A stretch of DNA of 38,249 bases, taken from contig WELB01000011.1 in assembly GCA_009602725.1 (NCBI GenBank), forward strand, positions 627,383-665,631, in the 5' to 3' direction. This DNA comes from Spirogloea muscicola (taxonomy: Eukaryota). A model generated the notes under the pieces. The model was not told the DNA's origin and did no database searches. It saw only the letters and a list, made by a program, of their open reading frames with translations. Each line of letters starts with the position of its first letter. The first letter of the stretch is position 1. Position numbers and translations under genes: made by a program. This document shows positions 21,539 to 38,249 of this stretch, in pieces.

Positions 21539-24500
21539 CTACCTCCCTCTGCTGCGTCCGCGGTAGCCGCCACCCCTGCCGGGGCTGAAGCCGTTGCTGC
21601 TGCCGCCACCGCTGCCGTGGCCGCCGCTGAAACCTCCCCGGCTGCGACTTCCACCTCCGTAGCCGCCGCCACTTCCACCGTAGCCACCCCTGTCAATCAG
21701 CAGAATGAGCAGCCCAATAAAGTCTAGGGACGTCGCGCAAGGAAGTAGACAATGCTCGTGGAGGTAAGCCGCGCAAATAGCTCAGGCAAGTTAAGCAATG
21801 GCACCAAGGACAAGTTATTGTTGCAGTATATGAGTAACAGCCACGAGGCCCATGCCCAATGACAACTTTGTGCAAAGCAGACGCTTGGCTGCCCATGGCA
21901 ACCTGACTGCCCATGGCATTTTGACTGTTCATGGCAATCTGACTCTCATACGGCTCAGGCTCAGCATGGCAACAGGAAGTACGGCGCTGTTGCTGGACCT
22001 TACAGTGCAATAGCCAGTTTGCACAGACTGACCAGATGTGCATTTGTCGAACCAGCTTGAGGACCTTACAATAGCCACTTGGCACAGACTGACCAGACAT
22101 GTCTTTGTCAAACCAGCTCAAGGAAGCTTACCCGCTGTAGGAGTCGCAGGCTGGCTTGACCTGCAAGGGTGGGAGCGAAGCGGCGACCTCAAGGGTCACC
22201 GCCGTTTTCCTTCCTGCCTCGTCGCCTTCCGCTACATCCCTCTCATGGCCTGCATAATCCACCTCTGTCGGTGAGAGCCAAGTCATAGCAACTGGCGAGG
22301 AAATGACCTGACGCCCCTCGTGCTCCTCGATTCAGGGGTTCCGAAGTACACTATCGGGCACATCCTCAACTGCGAGTTAAAAACTCAGTAGAAGCTAGGC
22401 GAGGAGAACCAGATAATGGAAGTGCTGCAACGTTGGGGTAGCATAGCACATGCATGCTAACCTACTCACAATCACGCAGAGACCCAATGAAATTTACAAG
22501 TCTTCACACACACAGAAGACCCCCCCTAAAGTTTCACAAAGCAGCAACAGGAGCAGCAGAAAGCGCCTGGAAGGGCCTAGGTATGTTGGCAGAGTTGACG
22601 AAAGCTCGCATCATATGATCTTCTAGAAGGAGGCTAGCATGGCAGTGAGATGCGGAGTCACTCACTTGTAACAAACTGCTCAGCCTGGGCAGAGGGCACA
22701 TCGAACACTGCACCCATGCCGTCCTGCGTCAGCGTCATGCGCCGCACCTCTGTGACTGCCGCCTCCGGCATCGTCTGTCGCAGGTAGTTGAACACGTAAC
22801 TGCAGATGTGCAGTATGAAAGAGCCATGTCAACAAGGTGAAATTGGCAGTCATGGTTGTATCATGGCTGTGCAAAGTGCATCAGTGGCTGGCAAAATACA
22901 ACTATCCGTTAGGACAGCATATCCCAAGCAAGCAAGCAAGCAATCAGAGATAAGGGGTGACAACATTTTGCCCTCACAGCTATCAACAGATATCAGAGAG
23001 ATAGAGTGGCCAACCACATACAGCATACGGACTGTCCCTAGTGTGAGGGCAGGAGATCAAGATGAAAGGCCGGCACTAACTGACAGGCACTTACGACGGT
23101 GTGCGGATAGTCGTGTCGGCCTGAAAGTGAAGGGTGGTAGCATCATTGTGCGCCGTAAGCAGGGAGCACGGCTTCACCTCCGTGTGCCCCTGTGTGACAG
23201 ACCAAAAGTCATTTGGCACTGTGTTGCATAAGCAAAAACCCTTTGGGTGAGCATGAGGAGCAATTGCCAGGGAGTGGGCGACTCGATACTAGTAGTATGC
23301 GGCCAGCGAGCAAGGCAGCCATGCAGTAAGTCATTGACCCACTCCAGCAAGCAGTGCATAGCGCTCGCCATCTGACGGCAGCAAGAAGTTGGATCTGGGC
23401 AAAAGTAAAGGGTCAAGCCGGCTTTGGCAAATATGGTAGCCTTGATGGCCTTGGCAGCGTCGACCACTGACCGTGATTTTCGCGAGCGCCTTGGCGAGGG
23501 CGTCAATGGCAGGTAAGCCCGAGTCCAGCAGCTCCTGTGCGGCGCCGCGGAAGAGGGGTAGCAAGCTGCAAGTGCACAGCCAGATGAGAGCTTAAAGGGG
23601 CACTGAGGCTCGCCAAAGAAGCTGAGAAAGGACTTCTCAACAAGCCACGCCTTAAGTGATAATAGCATACCACTTGGTCTTCAGCGTCAGATCAGCTTAG
23701 CAGGCTCAAGACTCAGGTTTCCATGCTGCCTCACGTGTCGGAGACTGCCCGCACGGAGTCAAGGGCCGCGGACGAGGAGGCACGCGCGATGTCGCCGGGC
23801 TGAGGCACCGCGATGCGCTCAAAAGCGAACCCGGCCTTGCGTTCAATTGTGCCAATCATGTACTCCTTCTTGGGTCCATACATCATCACCGAGATGCCAG
23901 TCTTGCCTGGCATGCAACGGCCCAATGAATAAGCACAGTGCAGCGAGGTGCTAAATTTGAAGTAGATAGACAATCAGAGATATAGGATTTCAGTGAGACG
24001 GAAATGATTGAGAACCCAATGAGTTGCAGCCTAGCTCAGCTCCTCGATTGTGAGATTCCAACCTGAACCAACATGCACTATATTCAGGAACATGGATGCA
24101 GCACTCTACAGCTGCTTGGAGGTGCTAAGTCCCTCCTCCAGCTCCCAACACATCAATCTTGAAGGCTCACCAGCTCTCCCAGTGCGGCCTGAGCGGTGGA
24201 TGTACGTCTCCTCGTTCCTCGGTGGCTCGACCTGCGCTCCAGAAGCTCACAGCCAGCATGCCATGCAGTCCTCAGCATGCAGGAGACTGGCAACACTGGA
24301 GCTTGCTGCCAGAGCAAGTGCATGCTGCGCCGGTTCTCAGAAGACCTCATTCAGGTGCAACAGAATGTTCCAACTTGGGGCATCAAGTCTTGAGACTCGG
24401 CATCTGAAGGCAAGCAAACTACCTGAACAACAAGTTGGACATCGTTGATGTCCAGGCCGCGCGCTGCAACGTCTGTGGCCACAAGCGTCCCAAATTTGCC

Positions 24501-27292
24501 GCCACGAAAGCCTGCCAGCGTCACCTGCGGCGCGCGTGCCGGGCACCACAGGTGGTGAATTGGCTGCTCAGGCGGCAGGACTGTGACCATACCTGCAGTG
24601 CTCTTAACATTCTTGGAGGTTGTGAATTTGAGAATGAAGTTAAAATTTAGATTCTCCGTCCAGTGGCAAGAGGGGGGGGGATGAGACAGGGGGTGCGCAT
24701 CGCTGCTGCGAGTTGCCAGCTGTGGCACTGTACCTCGCGCTGCGACTGAGCAATGTCACCATGAAGGCACTGCGCGCCCTCCAGCTCGTTGGCCAGCGCC
24801 GTAGCGTCGTTCTTTGTCTCTGTGAACACGATCGTCCGCCCGCCCCTGCCGACGTCAGCGCCGTTGCCGCCAACAGAGGCTCCGCGTCAGCTAAGGCTCC
24901 GAGTGATGGGACAACGAGCGGCAAGAAGTGGGAGCAGGAGGGACGCCGCAACGCACTTGCTGTAGCAGCGGATGACGGCCGAGGCAACGTGCGCGCGCTG
25001 CGACCAGTGGCAGCTGAGCAGCAGGTGCCGCACATTCTTGCTGGCCTTCATACGCTCGTCTCCCACCAGGTCCACAGTGCGCCTGTCTTTCTTCAGAAAG
25101 CGCATCGAGATCTGCGCATGGCCATGAGATGGAGCAGAGCATTCCCACGCGAGGTCATTGAGAATGCTAGCCTTAAGCCGATACTGGGAGCACTGACGTG
25201 CACGGCATGTGCAACTTATTGTGTAATGAGGTGGCCACACAAAGCACAGTATTCTGTACTGACACTCCAATGCAGGACCAGGTCAAGGAGAACAACAACC
25301 CACACCTCCTCGACCCACTTGGGCATCGTCGCACTGAAGAGCAGCGTCTGCACGCTGGCAGCATCCTCAACAGCGCCTGCAAAGCAGGCAGCCCGTAGGA
25401 AGGACAACGCCAACCGACAGTTATTGGTCGTCAGCTCAATATTGCAGCGACGTCCTTACAAATATATTTAGGTTATGATGCGAGCAGGAAAGGGAATAAG
25501 GGTGTGTGACGATCTGGAGTTGTGGAGGAGAAGGAGGGGTGGAAATGCTTAGCAGCTGGATATGCTGGCCACACCTCTCCCAATCAAAAGGCCCTAACAG
25601 TAGACACTATTAGTACCCAAAGTGTAACCTGGGGGAGATTAATTGAACCAATGCCATTCACCCCTTGCCTTTGTCTTTGATCCTGATCTGACTTAGACTC
25701 AGGTAAGCCCCTATAACCTGTGCTCATCAACCTTGGCTTGATATCCAACAGTTGAACAAGAGCTCATACTTCATTGAGCTGGCCTTTCACAGCCATTGCC
25801 TCCCTTGAAAGAGTTTCGGACTTCTTTGGTGCCACGCAGCAGCTCGAAAGAAGGAGATTCAGGAGGTGGCGTAGCAGGGGCTGGGACGGAGCGTCCAGTG
25901 ACAGAATGCAAGCAAGCAGGTGCGGCCATGAGAGACTCACCGAGGATGGTCTCTACGTCCTCGACGAAGCCCATGTTGAGCATCTCGTCGGCCTCATCCA
26001 GGACGCGCACGCGCAGCTTGCCCAGCTTCAGGTTGCCGCGCTCCAAATGGTCCTGCCACATTATTGACGATCTGCACTTGATAACCCACTTTGCAGCTGA
26101 CAAGCAGATCAGCGGCAGCGGTAGGGTGGCACGGGCGCTGCAGACCTTGATGCGGCCGGGCGTGCCGACGACGATGTCGACGCCACGGCGGAGGAGGCTC
26201 TCCTGCGGCCCCATGGGCGCGCCGCCATACACGCACGCCGTGGCCAGCCCGGCGACGTCGCCAATGGAGGCGAAGTCGGCGGCCACCTGCTTGGCGAGCT
26301 CGCGCGTCGGCGCCAGGACGATCACGCTGGGCGGCCGCCCGTAGAGCCGGCGCTTCTGCTCGCCGTTGGTGGCGGCAGAGGCGTCACGGATGCGCTCGAC
26401 GACAGGGAGCACAAAGGCCAGCGTCTTGCCCTGCAGCATCATCACAACAGGAACGAACAGACTGTCAGATACAGACGCTATAACAAGTAACTAACCACAT
26501 GTTGAGATTGGCTAACATTGTGCGTACTAGCTGGTCAAGGCAGGGACTCGACGGGACCGCAAGTACTCAATGGGTTGTCAAACCTGGCGAGGTTGAGGCT
26601 TTACAAAGTAGAGGATCTAAGGCCTCTGAGGAGGCGAAGGAGGCAGATCTGCGGCCACAGCTCAGAGGTCAAGGGTTCAATTCGTGCTGAGTGCAGACCT
26701 GGCCGGTGCGCGCTCGGCCAACGAGGTCGTGGCCGCCGTGCACGGCGGCGAAGGTCTGCGCCTGGATGGGGAAGAGGCTGCGGATGCCCTTGTCGGCCAG
26801 CCGCCGCGCCACGTCGTCGGAGATGGCGAAGTTTGCCACCGCCAGCGGGTCGCCACCGCCGCCGGCGGCCTCGCTGCCGTTGGCCTCGGCGGCAGGCGCG
26901 GCGGCCGCCGGTGCCGCCGCGCTCCTTTTGGCCTTCTTCGGAATCTTCTTCTCCGGCGTCTCCACGGCGGCGGCGGCGGCGGCGGCGGTTGCATCGCCCT
27001 CGCTCTTCCTCCGCCGCTTCTTGGGCGCGTCAGCAGCGGCGATGGCGGGCGGCGGCGATCCCGAGAGCTTGGCGGCCGCCTTGCGCTTCTTCATCGCTCC
27101 GCCGGCATCGCCCGCCTTCCCCGTCACCGCCGCCGCCGCCTCCGCCGCCGGCGCCGCCGCCGCCAGCGGCGGCGTCACGGTCTGCCGCTTCCCGGCCTCG
27201 CTGCTCTTCGCCTTCTTCCTCGCCTTCCCCTCGGCCGCCGCGCCCGCCGCGGGGCCGGCGCCTGCGGCGGCCGCCATCGACAGGCCAGGCAT
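21539..27292 (-). CDS. RH7: DEAD-box RNA helicase 7 (DDX21/50 family, GUCT domain, Gly/Arg-rich tail). Predicted exons: 27292-26699, 26430-26146, 26052-25941, 25376-25306, 25111-24957, 24845-24734, 24524-24423, 24231-24171, 23906-23735, 23565-23472, 23189-23095, 22799-22666, 22249-22132, 21689-21539
   Basis: [84 protein letters not shown]-like GAVFDVP. Lys-rich N-terminus and RGG tail. Confidence 0.95.
21886..21954. repeat. 18-bp minisatellite (about 4 copies) in the last RH7 intron
   Basis: tggctgcccatggcaacc / tgactgcccatggcattt / tgactgttcatggcaatc / tgactctcatacggc. Confidence 0.8.
21995..22121. repeat. Imperfect tandem duplication (66 + 61 nt) in the last RH7 intron
   Basis: ggaccttaca..atagcca..gcacagactgaccaga..tttgtc.aaccagct starts at both 21995 and 22061. 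Confidence 0.85.
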
Positions 27293-27298
27293 GGCTTG

Positions 27299-27334
<36 letters not shown>

Positions 27335-27867
27335 ACGGTGGGGGAAGGGAGGGGTTTGGGTCTTGTCCACGTGGCTGCACCGAGGAGGCCGCCCGCAGCC
27401 GAGCTGGGCGGGTCTTGGCCCCCACGTGACGCCAGCGGGGCGCCGCCGCGCCCACCAAGGCCTGCCACGTCGGCCAGCCACCCTCCTCTTGGGCGCGAGG
27501 GCGTGGACCCGGTTCGACAGCGTGGCAGCCAGCGTGGCAGCCAGCGTGGCGCCCTGATCCCACGTCGACGCGCCACTCTCCGAGAGCCACGTCTTGCGGT
27601 GGCGGCGGCCGCGGCGACTGCGGCGGCGGCGACGGCGGCAACTTCAGCGGCGGCGGCGGCGGCGTTGACGGCGGCGGAGGCGGCGGCGGGTGAGGACGGC
27701 GGCTTATCTGGCGATATGCGGCTGCTAACTTTGGCGCGCTGGGAGCAGCCGGCGCAGCAGCCACCGTACGGCGCCGCAGACGCCGGCAGTGGCTCTAGGA
27801 TTTAAGGATTAAAGTTAGGCTGTGGCGTCAAAGCGGCGCCGTCGCCGCCGGCCTTCGGCGCGCGGCG
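27293..27867. promoter_or_regulatory. Probable bidirectional promoter/5' UTRs between RH7 and MutS2, with ACGT-core motifs and a (GCC)n tract
   Basis: Divergent genes about 575 bp apart. CACGTG at 27368 and 27423; (G)CCACGTC at 27464, 27560, 27586; CAGCGTGGCAGC repeat at 27518-27550; (GCC)11 at about 27300-27334. Confidence 0.5.
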
Positions 27868-35653
<7,786 letters not shown>

Positions 35654-36301
35654 GTTGCACGGTAAGGATTTGATCCAGTTTCGAGTGAGGTTCCATGATT
35701 GATAGAACAGGGGCGAAGAGTCATGGCAGTGCATGTCTATTGCATCATGACTTGCCGCTCCCTTCTGCAGGCAACCTTTGCCGGCATCGTGTAGCCCACT
35801 AGTTTGACGAGTGTGCCGGCTTAAGTTGGCACCTCGACAACTCCTGCTGCTGGTTGCGGCTCATGTGATTGCACAGCATTGGCTTTGGCAGGAGGCACAA
35901 GCTGCAAACTTGCTCACATTGAGCTTAATTCTATCATCTTCTCCTCCCCAATGTCATGACCTGCCGCCTAAGCTCTTAACGTCAAGCTGTTGACACCTAA
36001 CCTCGTCCATAGTCCCAATTGTCTGTGTCGCTGCCATATTCCTGTGTCTTTACAAATATCCCAGAACAGTTGACTTCGTGCAAGGGGTGGAAGTGAAAGC
36101 TGACATTATAATGACTGCTCTGTGTGTATGCATGCCAGGTAGTGATTTAGCAGCACAGCATCCATGCTTTGTGGAATTGAACAATTATGAAGGAGACCTC
36201 CCGATGTAGCTCCACAGTGGTGGATGAGAATGTGCAAGTGAGTGAAACCAATGTGACAAGTTGGGCGTCAATGCAACGCAAAACTTGGTTGCAGAGCTTG
36301 A

Positions 36302-38249
36302 TCACCACATGAAGCGCTGCTTCACCCCAGGCTCGTGGGGCCACTCGAATGGCCGCCACAGGAAGACATATAGTATGGCGGTGTTGACGGCCGCATAGAG
36401 TGGCAGCAGGAATGCTAGGCTCGCTGCGGACCCCAGCTCCGGCGTGTGGAGCGCCAGTATGAAGAAGGGTATAGTGAAATAGCGGAGTTCCACAAGAGGC
36501 GCCGGAGCAAGGACCGCAACGACTGCCCCTGCAAATGCCGCTGCCTGGAGGCCGCCCATCTGCTCAACTGACGCAGTTTTGCAAGGTAGGATGGGGCATC
36601 ACCACATGTCAGGTTGTTGAATTAAAGCAAAGTGTGAGTGAGTGAGCGAAAGCAGAGTGTGCAATGCAGGCAGTCTGCGTGCAAGGGCTGTGGAATTTGC
36701 AGCAGACATAGTGCTTGCACTTGCTCACCAGTTTTGTCAGTGAGGGAATAAGCACAGTACAGGTAAAGCGGGATGTGGAGGTACTTGGCGGCGCTGTGAC
36801 ACTGGATCACGTCCTTCCACAGATAGAACGTGTAGTGCCGGTTGTCTGCCAGCAGGTACGGGTGCGCCAGGCTGTGGGAGTGACACAAGAAAGTTTGGTC
36901 AATCAGCGGGTGCTGTCATAGCAAGCCAGTACCGTGCATTGACACACAGAGATTGGGCTTGCGGCAAGGCAACAGTAAGCGGGTTAAGCTCAGAGGACCA
37001 TCTGATTTGTGATCAGGAGACTAATTGGTAAGCTGACTTGGACCTTGGCAAGACAAAGTCACTACACAACATGACATACGAATATAACACTCTTGACTTC
37101 AAGGTATGCATTTGGCATGGAGTGCTCATGACGTTGGGCTCACGCATCAACCTATAGCTGTGGACGGCGATGAATGAAAGCACGACAGCAAGGGCCACAA
37201 CAGCAGAGGTGGCCAGTGGCGATTTTGTGAGCTGTTTGCGGAGCTTTGCTAGGAGGCCCACGGCGCGCCGAGGGTGGAAGTGAACTGGGGCCATGGCACC
37301 CGCAGCGAAGGCTGCGAAGTAGAAGGGCTGCGCAAGGTGCGGCGCCGGCCGGTGGGCGTCCTTGGCGCCTGCTCCATCATTTCAGGTGGAGCAGCAAGCA
37401 GGAGATGTCAGTAAAACCTGGGTTCGTTTCCAAGAGTCACAAGGTGTACAACTTAGGTAACGGATTAGGTGGTGTCGGGGTCTAGCCACCAAGTGTCTGG
37501 GGTTTTAAATTGATGATAATGGGGTCATTTGTATGACACACATGAAGTGGCGTGCGGCGGAGCGCGAGGCAGGAGTGGAGCCTGGCAACGCCCACAACAG
37601 GGCAGCGCGGAGAGGGCGCGACCTACGACAATGCCGCCGTTGGAGTAGACGAACGCCGCAAACGCCGCGATGACTGCCGCGAGGGGGCCGAGCGCGTAGA
37701 GGAGCTGGAGCCGCCGGTCCCATGCGCGGCGGACGAGGACGGCCAAGCCAGGCGCCGGGTCCCGTCCTGCGAATGCCTCATAACTAGGGTTAGGGTTACG
37801 GTGTAGGGTTAGGGGCTTAGGATTAGGGTTCAGAATTAGGGTTCAGGCTTTGGATTTCACACACGCTCACTTAGGAGCGGGACCCCGAGCATGTCCAGAG
37901 CGGCGACGGCGAGGGCGAACGCCGCCCACACGGCGTTCGTCTGCCGGCACAGCACCGCGGTGGCTGCAAGCTGCCGGCGGGCCCAACCGGCCGCCTGGGT
38001 CAGCGGCGAGCCCGGTAGCTTAGCTGCGGCGCCCAGGCGGCGCAGGCGCGGCCATGGCCGCTCACCGCAGCGCAGGCCCAGTAGCAGCGGCGGAGGCAGG
38101 CGAGGTACATGGCGGCGGCGGCGGCGGTGGCGGCGGCGTCGGTGTAGAAGAGGAGGGAGAAGAACCAGTGCGTGGGGAGGAGGGCGAGCGCTGCGGCGTG
38201 GCCGGCCAGGCGGCCCGGCGGCGCCGCCGGCTGGAGCGCGCCGAGCGCG
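36302..38249 (-). CDS. ALG10: Dol-P-Glc:Glc2Man9GlcNAc2-PP-Dol alpha-1,2-glucosyltransferase, 5'-partial. Predicted exons: >38249-38066, 37970-37871, 37766-37623, 37368-37152, 36871-36729, 36567-36302
   Basis: HWFFSLLFYTD, RQTNAVW, NGGIVVGAKDAH..HLAQ, HPYLLADNRHYTFYLW, LVELRYFTIP, and C-terminal QRFMW. Confidence 0.93.
37785..37847. repeat. Degenerate (TTAGGG)n tract in an ALG10 intron
   Basis: tagggttagggttacggtgtagggttaggggcttaggattagggttcagaattagggttcagg. Confidence 0.8.

Noticed and set aside
21995..22121. Direct repeats as a CRISPR array or intronic snoRNA
   Set aside because: Only two adjacent imperfect units with no spacers, a eukaryotic context, and no convincing C/D or H/ACA box arrangement.
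26518..27805. Long overlapping Ala/Arg/Pro-rich ORFs on both strands
   Set aside because: Shadow frames of GC-rich RH7 exon 1 and its promoter, with no domain motifs.

Overview
Intron-rich, GC-rich eukaryotic DNA. The gene content is land-plant-like but the composition is algal, so it is probably a streptophyte green alga (inference). I assembled six protein-coding genes by hand from GT-AG junctions: (1) a PUB33-type USP-like/kinase/U-box protein (-); (2) a CPL3-type RNA Pol II CTD phosphatase (-); (3) an intron-containing gene with a prokaryote-type pRiA4b ORF3 (PF07929-like) domain and an unrecognised Cys-rich tail (+); (4) DEAD-box helicase RH7/DDX21 (-); (5) plastid-type MutS2 (+), whose 5' end is interrupted by a probable assembly gap; (6) ALG10 glucosyltransferase (-, 5'-partial). 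Two intergenic blocks (55-2235 and 8883-10180) are mosaics of 3'-end fragments of one retroelement family with a restriction-like endonuclease (RLE). These lie in both orientations and share a conserved stem-loop unit. Degenerate telomere-like tracts sit at or near the edges of the GC/CpG-rich 5' islands. The best novelty candidates are the pRiA4b-ORF3-like gene, the retroelement clusters with their hairpin, and the telomere-like boundary tracts. None is proven novel without database searches. Exon coordinates are manual predictions.
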